NCBI GenBank assembly: GCA_001179505.1
Contig: CDMY01000477.1
Span: 248,001 to 312,000 of the forward strand
Length of the DNA stretch: 64,000 nt
From: Vitrella brassicaformis CCMP3155
Lineage: Eukaryota > Protista > Chromerida
Direction: 5' to 3'
Shown: positions 37,642-50,788 of the stretch, one piece after another
Numbering within the stretch: position 1 is the stretch's first letter
Layout of the letters: every line of letters starts with the position of its first letter
Notes under the pieces: generated by a model
Databases searched by the model: none
What the model was told of the DNA's origin: nothing
The model's input: only the letters and a program-made list of their open reading frames with translations
Position numbers and translations under genes: made by a program

Positions 37642-39233
37642 AAGAAAGAGAATGCCCATCCCCCCACCCCACAGAACAGACGCACAAATGGTCCATCTCT
37701 GTCCGGTTGTCAGGTCGTGATGAGGCCTTGTTCTTTGAGGTGGACTGCCACCACTGTGGCACAAAGGGGCGGCAGGACATGTGCGCCATCGGTATGTCGG
37801 TACCCTACCCCTTTGCCGCCACACAGAACACCACACCCAGCACACCATCCTCCCACTCAACAGTCAGGGAACTCATACGGGATGGGTGTTCGCAGATATC
37901 CCCGGTTTCCGCGAGTGTCTCGTCATGGCCTTCAACTGCCCCCACTGCGGCGTGCGCAACAACGAGGTGGGTGAGAGAGATAGATGCCCGACAGACAAAC
38001 ACACACAAACACACAAACACACACAAATGATGCCATATGGTTGTGTTGGTGTAGGTCAAGGCCGCCGGTGCGATCGGCGATAAGGCCAGGCGGTGGACTC
38101 TGCGCGTCACCGATCCAGAGGACCTCAACAGAGATGTCCTCAAAGTACCAGCCACCACCACACCACGCTAGCCACCACACACACATTCTCCGCTCTGATT
38201 GTATTGTGCGTGTGTCTGTGCGTGTGTGCCGTTTCGTTCGTAACGACAGTCTGACAGCGCGGCTGTGCGGATCCCGGAGATCGACTTCGAGATGCAGCAG
38301 GGCACACAAGGTGGGCCGGGGCGGGGGGCCCTGCAGGGAGGTAAATCGGTTTTGTTGATACGTTCGTCTGTGTGTTGTGGTGTGGATGAAGGCTCGGCCT
38401 TCACGACGGTTGAGGGGCTGATTGGCAAGGTTGGTGAGAGACGCTGGCACTGTGCTGGCTGCAAATGACAAAGACTCGCCTCGCCATTCGCTCGTTGTGA
38501 CTGGTTGATTCGTTTATTTACTGCACTCAGATAGCAGATCATCTGCAGGAGAGCAACCCTTTCACAGGTCTGTCTGAGATGGTGGCTGGCATCCATCCTT
38601 CCACCCATCAATCCCTCTCTGCGTGTGTGTGTGGGTGCAGGTGATTCGAGCGCGCAGAATGAGCTGTCCGCCTTTACCCAGACCATCGATGACCTCCGGA
38701 AGGTCAGTGTGCCACTCAGCCAGCCAGCCAGCTGGCCAGCCAGCCAACTAACTCAGCTGACACACACACACACACACACACACGACAATGTGTTTGTTCT
38801 GTGTGTGTGTCCCTTTGTGGTGTGTCCCTCCCTATCAGCTGTGCAGCGACCCGTCTTGCCTGCCTTTCACCCTGGTCCTCGACGATGCCGCTGACCACAG
38901 GTGCGGTACACTACTTACACCGACAAACCAACACCTTCCCATTCCCACCCACCGGCCTCTCTGTCTGTCTGTCTGTCTGTTAGCTTCATTGGGCGGCGCC
39001 ACCCAGAGAGGCCGCAGGAGGACGACCCGGGTCTGACGAGCGAGGTGAGAGAGCAAAGCATGGGGTGTGGCGTGCCCTTCCTTCAGTCAGACAGAAAGGA
39101 TTGTGCTGTGTGTGTGTCGCGACATGGGGGATGGATGGATCGGCAGGCGTACGATCGCACAGAGGCGCAGAACGACGAGCTGGGTTTGCTGCAGATGAAG
39201 ACGGAGGGGTATGAGCATGAGCAGCCGCCATGA
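35776..39233 (+). CDS. ZPR1: ZPR1 zinc-finger protein
   Basis: EIESL|CTQCWENGKTRIMLTKIPYFK|EVILMSFSCPHCGFNNNEIQ, DLNRQIIKSE, LDDPAGNSFIE, second repeat FRECLVMAFNCPHCGVRNNEVK, YDRTEAQNDELGL. Confidence 0.95.
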
Positions 39234-40444
39234 GCCGTTCGTGTCGTGTCCTTGGCTGGGTGGGGGGAGGCCTGAATGAATGAACCAATCAAGTGCGTGT
39301 GGTGGATGTACAGCGAGAGGGTCGTCAAAAGACTGTGGGTGGGACTGACTGGGGGAATGAACGGTTCACGGAGGCAGGGAGTGATTGTATAGGATAGGCA
39401 GACAGACAGACAGCTGAGAAGAGCTGAGCTGACGAAGGATTCCTCCGATCGCATTAAGCGGCTGTGCGTGGTGTGGTGGTGGGTGAATCGTGTGTGGTTT
39501 CGTGTCGTGGTTGGTGGGGGTGGGTCATAATGATAAAGAAAGTATTCATGCCTCCACACACAAGAAGGGTCCCTTCCTCCTCCACGAGCTAGCCACCACT
39601 CCACGCCACACCAAGCACACTGCACGACTGCTGACATGACACCACACCCACCTTCTGGTCCGTCCGTGCCGTGAGCTTAGCTAGCTTGCGGTCGAGAAAG
39701 CCACGGCGGCCAGTCTCCCGGGGGACACGACACGACACGACACCAACAGCAAAACCATGACCTTGGAGAAATCCATCCACCCCCCCAGCCATACATACAG
39801 GTACACACCCCTTACGGACGTACCTTTGGTAACCTACACACCGACACACACACACACAGACACGCCAAGGCCGTGCCGTGTGGTGTGCGTGTGTGTTGCC
39901 GATCGTCACGACAGCCGTAGACACACAATTGACCCTCCCTCCTTTGTCGGAAGGAAGCTAGAGTGTGTCGTCGCCCAGCCCACCACGACCGTCGGCAATC
40001 ACCCACCACACCAGTACACAGACACCCACACACAAACCAGGGATCGTCAGGGATCGGATGGATGTCACGCATTGCATCGCACCGCCCCGCACCCTGCAGG
40101 CGACTAAGAATGCACACAGAGAGACACGTGTGCGCCGGCATCAACCAACCGCCCAGAGACGACAAGGGAGATATCGCGGACGTCTGCGGCAGCTTGACTT
40201 GATGTGGTGATCCGGACAGACAGACAGACAGACAGGCAGACAGACAGGCAGGCAGGCAGACAGACAGGCAGGCAGTCGGACGGACAGACTTGTGTGTGGA
40301 GGACAAGACGTGCGAATTGTCAGCAAGCAAGAAGTGAGCAGGATTGATGACTCCCTCCCCTCCCCCCTCACACACACACTCACACACACACACACCCAGG
40401 CAGCACATAGCTAGGGAAAACCTCTTGCTGTCGAGGCGGCACGG

Positions 40445-40476
<32 letters not shown>

Positions 40477-40895
40477 CATAGATACACACATCACACACAT
40501 ACGTCCGTACGTGTGACCGACATGCACATGACATGCAGATAAATAAACGATTGCGCGAAAAAGTACTGACTGAGAATGAATGCGTTAGATAGACAGGTAG
40601 AGCTGCCATGGATACACACCCCCACCCCAAACACGGTCCATCCATCCACCACACCGACCCGCCGGTGGCCCACCCGATAGACTCCCTCGTGTGTTTCGTT
40701 CATTAATTCAAAGCCACAAACACCACACCACACCCTTCCCCTCCCCCTCCCTCCCTCCCTCACTCCCTCCCTCCCAGCCCCCACCACCTCCCCTCCCTCC
40801 CTGTAGCCGACTACTTGTACGCAACAACAACAACAACAACAAGACCGACGACAAGACGAAGCAGCAGCAGCGCAGCCCAGCCGTGCTTGGATGCG

Positions 40896-43800
40896 TTAGA
40901 ACCGCCCCGTCAGAGGCCGCGCGACCCCTCCCAGGCCGCCGCCTCCCAGGCCTCCCATGGCTCCCATATTGCCATGGCCACCGTGCCCCGTCCCACCACG
41001 AGGGTATGGGTATGGGGGCAGGGCGGGTGGGAGTGCGTCGGGTGGGTTGGTCATGACCACCTCCCCCACATCCCGCTCCTCGCCGCTGTCGTCAGCGTAG
41101 CCGTACTCGCCCCGGCTGCTGGCCCCGAACATCATGCCATTCACACCCCCTCTCTGCTGCTGATAGTGGTGGTGGTTGTGCTGCTGGTGGTGGTGGTGGT
41201 AGTTGCTGTTGTGCTGCTGCTGGACGGGCATGGGAGGAATGGGGAGATGGCGGTTGGCAGAGGGGGGGTGGCGCAGCCCCGCCGGCCGCTGCATCGGCAT
41301 CGGCGTCTGCATGTCTCGCGTCGTCATCTGTGGTGTCGGCATCTGCCGATCGCGGCTGAGGTCCCGGCTGCCCCCCACACCCACACCCATACCCACACCC
41401 ACACCCAGATGCCCACTGTTGCTGTTGCTGTTGCTGTGGCTGTTGTTGTGGTTGTGGTTGTGGTTGTGGTGCATTGGCATCAGTGGGGAGCCGCCGAGGC
41501 CGCTGCGGTTGCTGCTCTTGGGTCTCTCGTCGTAGGGGTACACGGGGCGGCCGCCACCGAATGACGGAGGACAGAGGGGGCCACCCATGCCAGCACCAGC
41601 ACCGGCACCACCAGCGAAGCCATGAGACGGAGATGGGTTGCTGATGCGCTGCGGCTGTGAGAGTGGCTGTCGTTGAGGCTGTGGCTGTGTGTTGTTGGGG
41701 TCGTTGATCCGCCAGCCACTGCCATAGGGAGCAGCAGCACTGGCAGGGGCAGGAGCAAGATTGCCGTGGTAGCTGCCGCGAAGGGGGTTCCACATGGGCG
41801 GCATCGCCTGATGCATCGGCTGCCGTAGTGCGTTGGCACTCGCACTCGCACTGCCATTGGCCCCGTCATTGCCATCCTCATCGGCGTCCAAATCGATGAC
41901 CTCCTTCCCCGCCATGCTCTCCCTCTCCCTCTCCCTCTGTCTGTCCCTGCCGACCCCACGTCGCTGGGGCGTCAGGGGTGGTGGTGGTGGGGCCATCATG
42001 CGCTGGTGGCTGTTGAGCACCGTCGCGAAGGGCTGCCCTCCTGCCGATGCTGCTGCCGATGCCGGTGCCGGTGCTGCTGCGACGGGTGGCGCGAATGGTA
42101 CGGGCGGCGAGGTGGGCGTGATCTCTATCGGGTGGATCACTGGCTCTGATGACGGCATTGGGGCTGGTGCTGGTGCTGGTACAGACGAGGCGGGAGGCGC
42201 TGGTGGTGGCGCAGGGGCAGGAGTCGGCTCGTCATCATCATCGTCTATGACGATCGGCTCCTGCTGGTGGTGATGCTGTGGCTGCTGTGGCTGCTGCTGA
42301 TCCCCGCGTTGCTGCTCCGGTGTGTCGGCCTGGTTCTGGCTCTGCGGCGGTGGTTGCTGTGCGATGGGTGCAGGTGGTCCCTCTTCCTGCTCCCGCTCGT
42401 CAGACGGCGGTGCAGGCAGTGGCGGGGGCATCATGAGAATGGCCTGTGCAGCGGGCTGCAGCTGCTGCAGCTGAGCCATGTCACGGTCCCGCAGGGCGGC
42501 GAGGTACCTGGCGAGGGACCCGATGTGGTCGGCGTGTCTGGCGGGCTCCCTGCCCAGCAATTCGAGGGCGTCGGACACACGGCGCATCTCCTCCTGCTCC
42601 TCGGCGGTGCGCTCCTGTGGTGGTGAGGGTGGTGGCGGTGGCGGTGGCGGTGGCTGCTGCTGCTCTTGGTGGTCGGTTGGGAGGCGATTCTCGTCGTCGT
42701 GCTGCAGCTGATGTGCTGCCTCTTGCTGCTGCTGCTGCGCCGCCATGCTGGTCTCCTCGGTTCGCGGCGGCTCCTCCTCCTCCCCCTGCTGCTGCTGCTG
42801 CTGCTGGTCTCGGTTGTCCTCTAGTGCGGCCAGGCCCTCGCCGTGATCCACGTTTCCAGGGAGAGGGTCGGGGGGAGGGTGCAGGAGGGGCAGCTCTGCT
42901 TGACGCTCCTGCCCCTGCTGCTGCTCCTGCTGCTCCTGATGCTGCTGATGCTCGCCCGTGCCACTCGGTAAGTGGGTTGCCGGTGCCGCTGCTGGTGCTG
43001 GTGCCTCCTCCAGCTCCACCTCAACCTCCACCTCCCTGAAATCCACTGCCTCTCCCTCTCCGCCTCCCTCCCTCTCCATCTCCATCTCCATCTCATGGTC
43101 GGGCTGCTGGTCCTGCTGCTGCTGGTGGTCTTGCTGCATCTGATCGAGCGGACCGTCCTGGTCGTCCATGGGCAGCTGTGGCGGGGCCGGCGTGTGGTTT
43201 GGTGGGGGGGATGGTTGTGCTGATGCCGAGGGGGAGGGAAGGGGTGGCGTCTCGGCCGCCTCGGCTATCGGCCCGTCGGCCTCCGCCCCTCCCTCCGCTC
43301 CGGCGTCTGCATTTGCCTCATCGCCGACCATGGGCACTAGCACTTGTGGTGGCTCCTGATACTCCTGCTGCTGCTCGTACGGCTGCTGCTGCTCCTGCTG
43401 CTCAGCTTCTTGCTGCTGCTGCTGCTGCTGCAGCAATTGTTCTTGAAGCTGCTGTTGCTGTTGCTGCTGCTCCTGCTGCTGCTGGTGCGCGAGGAAGAGC
43501 GGGCACTGCCACGCTTGCGACGGCATGGGGGGCGGTGGGGGCGGGGAGAGGGGGTAGAAGTTGTAGGTGTGTGTGGTGCTGAGGTAGAGGGCGAACAGGG
43601 GCGCGGGGCACTCGCCGGACGCCTGCATGTCCAGCTGGGACGGCTCGGGCTGAGAGGTGCGCACCACACCAAGCGGCCTGCTCACACACATGCACACGCA
43701 CACAGAGAGAGAGAGAGAGAGACAGACGGAGAGAGAGAGAGAGATCCACAATGGCTCCCGTGTGGTGGTGGTGGTGGTGGTGGATAGCTTACGTGAATTG

Positions 43801-46800
43801 CCATATGTCGAATCCGACGCCAAATGCGCGCGGCAGCAGCAGTGCCTCGGTCTGGTCGTGTCGAAACACGGGACAGCCGCGCATGCGGATCTGATGGCTG
43901 ATCGATCAGATTCACACACACAGCACAGAGAGAGGGAGAGAGGGCTCAGCTCACGTGTCTGAGTCTGTGAGGGAGAGGGTTGGTTGCTTACAGTTTGGTG
44001 TGGAGGAGTTCCTGTGCGGTCACCTCGGCCGACGCCCAGCCCTCCGAGCGAATGAGCGCCGGGAAATCCATGTTGTTGGCGTGGATCACCTTCTGCACAC
44101 ACATGGACACATGGATGGATGGATGGATGGACGGATGTGTGTNNNNNNNNNNNNNNNNNNNNNNNNNNNNNNNNNNNNNNNNNNNNNNNNNNNNNNNNNN
44201 NNNNNNNNNNNNNNNNNNNNNNNNNNNNNNNNNNNNNNNNNNNNNNNNNNNNNNNNNNNNNNNNNNNNNNNNNNNNNNNNNNNNNNNNNNNNNNNNNNNN
44301 NNNNNNNNNNNNNNNNNNNNNNNNNNNNNNNNNNNNNNNNNNNNNNNNNNNNNNNNNNNNNNNNNNNNNNNNNNNNNNNNNNNNNNNNNNNNNNNNNNNN
44401 NNNNNNNNNNNNNNNNNNNNNNNNNNNNNNNNNNNNNNNNNNGAGTGAGTGCCTACGTCGTGGTGGATGATGAGCATCTGTGCGGTGATCTCTCTCATGG
44501 TGTTGACGACGACCTTGTTGCCGTAGACGCTGTTGAAGAAACCGATCATCTGGTACTCGAGCAGCATCCTGACCACCACAGCACACAACACACAACACAC
44601 AACATACACAACACACACCAGGATGTGCACGTGTGTGTATGTCTGTGTGTGTGTGTGTGTGTGTGAGGGGGGTTACATTTTGTCCTGGTGGTTGGTGGCC
44701 TCGTGCATCATCTGGGCCCACACCTGGACCATGTAGATAAACCACGACAGCTCCTCATCGCTCACCTGCGCACACACACACACACACAGCACAGCCCAGT
44801 ACACAGAGAGAGACAGTGCATTGCAGTCAGTGGACGGAGGGTCTGCAGAAATGTGAGCATGATGCATGTGCCCCGGTCGGTGTGTGGGGTGTGGTGTGGT
44901 GTGTCCACGAAGGCATACGCATCTCGGTGAGCCGGGAAACATCTGCAGCAGCTCCTTCAGCGAAAGCAGCACCTGCGCAGCGGTGGGCACAACACACCAC
45001 TCATGAGCCCCCTCTCACACAATAGCTGACTGACGCATTACCTGCAGGAACCGCTGCATGAGCTCGTTGCTGCCGCTCTCCACAACCGCATCGAAATACG
45101 CCCCCACAAACGCCTCGTAGAAGCTATTGCCCTCGTGGCTCATCTGACGCGCCTCTGCACTCGAGCAAACACACACACACAACCACACACACACACACGT
45201 GTGCTGCTGATCTCTCTGTCTCTCTGCTCCTCCCTCTCTCTCTGTGTCCGTCCTTACTGACGAATCCCATTTCCTTGAGGCCCTGAGCGTGGAGGCCGAT
45301 CGGCACGACAGCGTCGATCGGCTGCCGCACACCCAGGAAACACGCCCCACCATCGCCGCCGCCCCCACCACCAGCACCAGCACCATGAGAGGCGCCTGGT
45401 GCTACTCCGCCCATCATTGGAGCCACAACGCCTTCATTCAAGATAGGCATCGGGATGCCGGCCATGGCGGCTGCAGCTGCAGCTGCAGCTGCGGCGGCCA
45501 TGGAGGCGTTGTCAGCTGCTGCTGGTAGGGCTAGGGGCAGTGCTAGCGGCGGCGCTGGCGGCCCTGGCGGTGGTGGTGGTCCTAGAGGTGACGCTATGGG
45601 GCTGCCGGCTGGACCAGCACCGGGGTCGTGGCTGCACACACGCACAGACAGACAGAAATGGATGGATGGGTGCGGGCAGGAAGGGAAGGTGTGTGTACCG
45701 GATTCTGGGTCGTTTGTGTTTGTTGGCCTGTGGTTGCTGGTGCTGGGATGGCCCGCTCCGGGCCGAGTCGCTGCCCGCCTTCTTGGCCTTGCGCTTCCTG
45801 ACAACACACATGCACACACACACACACACAGAGAGAGAGGGATGGTTGGCCTGATTTCCGTGTTGTGCTCTGTGTCCCACACACGCACCCACCGCACCCA
45901 ATTCACCTGCGTCGGGACTGGTGAGCATTAGTGCCGTTCTCTTCGGGGTGGGTATTCGTGTTGATGTCGCCGCGAGCCTCTTGGTCGATTTCGTCCAGGA
46001 GGCTGTTGTTGTTGCTGTGGTCTCGCTCTCTGTCTCTGTCGCTGCTGTTGTTGTCCTCTGCGTCGCCCTCCCCCTGCCCCTCCCCCTCGGCGGCATCTGC
46101 CTCATCTGGCTGCTCCTCTGCCTGATCCTCCTCCGGCTGATCATGCACTGGGTCCTCTGCGCACCAACAGACACACACACGCGAGACAGACAGACAGACG
46201 GACAGACAGACAGAAGGAGGCGCAGATGTGTGTGCTGGCGCCCAGGTGCCTCCCGGTAGATGTTGTGTTGTGTAGACTTCCGTCTGCACCCACCTTCGTC
46301 GGCCTCCATGCCCACCTCCAGCCCCTCCTCGCCCTCTGCAGCCTCCCCATCGCCCACCCCCTCCCCATCTCCCTCCCGCAACTCGTCACGTACACGCTTC
46401 ACGGATGAGCTCGGCGCGCTGGGCGTCGAGGCATTGTTGTTGTGATTGTGGTTGCCACCACTCATGTCTTGGTCGCAGTGGTCCTCCCCGGCAGGGGAGG
46501 CGTTGGGTGGGAGGGGGGGCAGCACGGGGAGGGGAGGGAGAGGGTGGGGGAATGGGTGAGCCGGGAGGGAGTGGTGGGGGTGGTTAAAGTGATGCTGCTG
46601 CTGGTATTGCTGCTGTTGTTGCTGCTGACGCACACGCTCGAACTCTGCCAGACAGACAGACAGACAGACAGGGAGGGGGAGGGGGATCGATGGGTGGGTG
46701 GGTGCTGAATGTCAGTCAGTGTTGCACTGGACCTACCTGCTTTGATGGTGTCGATGTGCAGGAGGGGGACGAGGTCGTCCTCGCCGCTGAGTTGCTGCCA

Positions 46801-47171
46801 CACCATGCGCACGTGCGTCTCGGTCGAAGACGATGGGTCACGCACCTGAACAAACCACCACATCAATCCAATCAACACATGAAGAACCCAAGTTGGCCAC
46901 ATCATGACATGCATCCCTCTCCCTCCCTTCCTCCCTCTGTGTGTGTGGTTGACTGACATACCAGTTCTCTGAATGCCTTGAGTTCACACATCTTCCTGAA
47001 GGTCTTGTACTCGATGGTCCGCCCGTCGGGCCGCGCCTTCTCCCTCCCCACCATCCACTCACACAGGGCGTCCACCGACACCGCCGCCCCGTCGGCCACG
47101 TCGTTCTTCTTGCGATAATGCCTCTCCATGCACCGCATCAGCACCACTACCGACTCGTCGCCGCGCGCCAT
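40896..47171 (-). CDS. Large low-complexity (Q/P/G-rich) protein containing an otubain-like (peptidase C65) domain
   Basis: Exons in 43560-45330: MSHEGNSFYEAF, ELMQRFLQV, GFFNSVYGNKVVVNTMREITAQML, EALLLPRAFGVGFDIWQF, PLFALYLSTTHTYNFYP, collinear with OTUB1 motifs; long poly-Q/P final exon. Confidence 0.7.
44143..44442. other. Assembly gap (300 N)
   Basis: N run. Confidence 0.99.
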
Positions 47172-47617
47172 GAGGGATGGATCAGTCTGCCGCAGTAAGT
47201 GGCAGACGCACTCACCAAGTCAGTCGGGACACTCACTCTCTGTGGGGTGATCTGTCTACTCTGCTGCTGCTGTCCGGTTGCCGTCTCTTTTGCCGGTGGC
47301 GGTGTGGTGCCCTCAGCCGACGGGTGCTCGCCTCGCAAGACGCCGCGAGCACCGAGAGAGCCCCTGCCGCCTCGACAAGGGTGTGCACAAGGCCGGATCT
47401 ACTATAAAGCGGGCTCTATTGCACGCACACGGACACGGGGCGATGGCACAGGCCCTCCTTCACGCATTCCCGCCTGATTGCCTCTTGCGAGCCCTTGGTC
47501 GCCATCATTTCAGCTCGCATTCAAGATGGGCACCTTTTGCGGCCGCTGCGGCGTTGTGGAGCTTCGCGGAAGCTCAGGAGCCGCTTTGATCTAGAGCGAG
47601 GTCGCGGTGATTTGGCG

Positions 47618-50147
47618 ATGAAGGAGGGGCATCTGCGGCGCTTGCCGAGGGAGGTGTTGTGCGCCGTGCTGCAGCAGATGCGAGGCTTTGCGCCGCTGGC
47701 CGTCTGCACCCCAGTCATCCCGGACCAACCATGCCACGCGGGAGATCCCTTTGCAGATGATGCAGATCATCCACACGACAGCAGTTATCATCACGTCGCA
47801 CAGCTGACGCCAAGAGTCATCTCTGCCTCTCCCACTGCACAGAGGCCAAGGCGGTTCAAGAGCCGCAAAAACAAGCCGGCTCGCGCAGAGGAGTGGAGAA
47901 TGGTCGTGGCTGCATCGGCTGGATCATCGTCTTCGCGAGAGCTTGCTGAGCAGGTGGAGGCGGCGAGCAGACGCAATGACACCAGCGAGCTGCTTCGGCT
48001 ACACCGTGCTTTGGACGTCGACACGCTCGAGAAGTGGGACCTGGTCAGCGTGATGAAGGCCTTCTCTCGCGTGAGAGCGCTCGAGGCCTCCCGCTTCTGG
48101 CCTTGTGCGTGCGACCACCTCCTCGGCAACGGGCTGCTTGTGGAGCTCTCCCCGCTCGCAATGGGGTTCGTCATGAATGCGCTGGCCAAGGTGCCCAGGG
48201 CCGCCCGCAACCACCCTCTCCTTGACGCACTCTGTGGCGTGGCTGCGGCACGTCTATCTGAATTTCCCCCCTCTGCTTTGACAATGGTGCTGGCCGGTCT
48301 GGCGCAGAGGGACCACCGGACACGGGAGAGCATCTCGCTGTTCGTGGAGAGCGCCAAGAGGGCCGGGGGAATGCTTGGCGCTTTCAAGGTTGCGGAGCTG
48401 ACTCAGCTGCTGAATGCCTTTGCGAGAATGGAGGTCGTTGCCCATCATGGACAAAGCGCGGCGGTGGTTGTGGTGGATCTCTTTGCCCTGGCCTCTTCAC
48501 GCCTCGCCGGGTCGAGCGAGCGGCTCAATGCGCTTGACGTGTTTTTCCTCTGCAACTCGTTCCGCCGACTGTCGATGAGCCAACCTCACGAACAAGACCA
48601 CCTGCCGCACGAGGTGCGTCAGCGGTTTGAGTCGTCTGTGGGGGTGTTATTCGGGCGGCTGTCGCAGCGCATTCGGCAGGGTGATGTGTGTGGCGAACTG
48701 ACGCCCCAGAGCATCGCTGACATTGCCTCCGCGTTCGCAAGGTACCGGCCGAGTGACATGCGGCTCTTCCGCACTCTGGCCGAGCGCACGAAGGAATGCC
48801 ACACGTGAGAAAAGGGAAACACACACAGAGAGAGAGGGGGAGGGGGGAGGGGGGGAATGAGCGACTTCTTTCTTGCTCTCCCTCCCCTGAGCTGTGCAGT
48901 TCTTTCGACCAGAAGGCCGCTGCATTGCTGCTGGTGGCTCTGTGTGAGGTGTCCTACTACGACCCCTGTCTGCGCATGCTCATGAGCCGGCAGCTGCTGA
49001 AGCACCACGTCGGGAACAAGAACCCGATCGTCCCTCTCAGCGGCTCCATGCTGGCGCAGGTGGCACATGCGTGCAGCAAGATGGGGCAGATGGAACGATA
49101 TGCCTATGGCGCTGCACACGAGTGGAGAAATGACAGGTAATGGACCGATGGACGGATGGATGGATGGATGGATGTGTGTGTGTTGATTGGGTCTGTGCAG
49201 CTCGTTGCATCCGTGGAGCCGCGCGTCATGGTCGCTGAACCTGCACATGACCGCCTTCATCCAAGGACAAGTCGCTCTAAGGCTGGTATGCATGGGGAGC
49301 AAATTGGGAGACCAACTCACACCAAAACACGGACACACACACACACACACCTCTGTGTCTCAGGGCCAGTTCGACTACCGCCAGCTGATAAAGCTGTGCA
49401 TGGCGTCCCTCTGCAGCCCCCACCTGCTCGCGGCCCTCCCCTTCCCCCCCGACGCACCCACCGCCCCGCCACACATGGCCCTACACAGAGGCCACACACA
49501 GCCCTCACAGCTGCAGACCATGATCCGAGTGCCGCTCCTCTTCCCACTGGTCGAGAGAGCCCTGGGAGAGTGGGAAAAGACGGCCACGCAGGGCCGTGAT
49601 GGAGGCGATGCCGCTGCTGGTGGGACGGAGAGGCGGTCCCTGCTGACTGTGTTGGCGGCCGTCCAGCTGGGAATAGCTGAAGGCATCACGGCGGCCATGC
49701 GCAGAGCCTTGTCTGAGGAGGCAAGAACAGAGGAACAGGATGGAGCTGCTGCTGGTGGTGGTGGTGGTGGTGTGCTTCTCGAGGCTGGTGTCCGCGAGTC
49801 TGTCCGGCGGTTCTCGGTGTGGCAAGACCGCCGATATGCCTGGACAGAGAGAGAGGGAGAGGGAGAGTGCGCCGCGGGCAATGGCGCAGTTTGCCAGCCA
49901 GAAGCGGACACCCGCACGCACATACCGGCAGCAGGTAAGGAAGTGCATGTAAGTGCTGACTGACGAGCAGTCTGCCTGTCCCTCTTTGATCAGGTGTTGT
50001 TGGTGTTGGGTGTCTAAGGCTGGAGAGTCTCGGCGCGGCATCGGCTCTCATCAGATCGCTCGGCGACGCGCCGATGAGGCCGCCCGCATCGTCCGCTGCT
50101 CATCGCGACGTGTGGGCGATGGTCGTCAAGGCGTCCAGGGAGATTGA
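47618..50147 (+). CDS. Helical-repeat (HPR/OPR-like) organellar RNA-binding protein
   Basis: Repeats such as ELSPLAMGFVMNALAKV, EFPPSALTMVLAGLAQR, FKVAELTQLLNAFARM, LNALDVFFLCNSFRRL, ELTPQSIADIASAFARY; 3' exons uncertain. Confidence 0.7.
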
Positions 50148-50788
50148 GGAGACGACACACCAGTGAGCAACAGATACACACTTGTAGACAGGGAGATGTC
50201 GTCATGTGGTGTGTGTGTGTGTGGGTCTTCAGGCCATGTGTGGTGTCTGAGATGACTGCAGGACCATACACCATCGTGAGCGACGTCGCCGACACACACG
50301 GATGCGCAGACACACACGTGGATGGTTTGGTTTGCTGCATTCATTCAGGACATGATGGTGGTGGCTCACTCGCGCGCACACAAGCGGCACGAGGTCGTGC
50401 CGGGTGCTGTCGATTGAAGGAATGGGCTGATTTGATTGATGGGGTGAAAGACCGTCGTCGATCAGACTGCAAACGTGAGGGAGGTGCCTGGGGGGGTGGG
50501 TGCCAAGGTAGCCGGGGTGTCGATAAGACGTCAGAGAGGTTCATGCTGGACCATTCATTCAGTCATTGTGAGGCGAACGTCAAGACATTGATGGTATCAG
50601 TGTGATGCTTGCAAGAATATGTACACACACCTGTCCAACGTGGGCTCTCACTGTGCCATCGAGAAGCTAAGACTGAGGCCTTCCCCTCGACAGACAGGAC
50701 GACGCCTCGTTCTTAGCCACCCGCTGGCTCAGCAACAACCACACGTCGGATCACTTCACTTGCTTGCCAGGCCTCAATATATTCGCTA

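Noticed and set aside
39240-40890. Possible additional small gene between ZPR1 and the otubain-like gene
   Set aside because: Only short ORF pieces among microsatellites; no consistent frame or recognisable product
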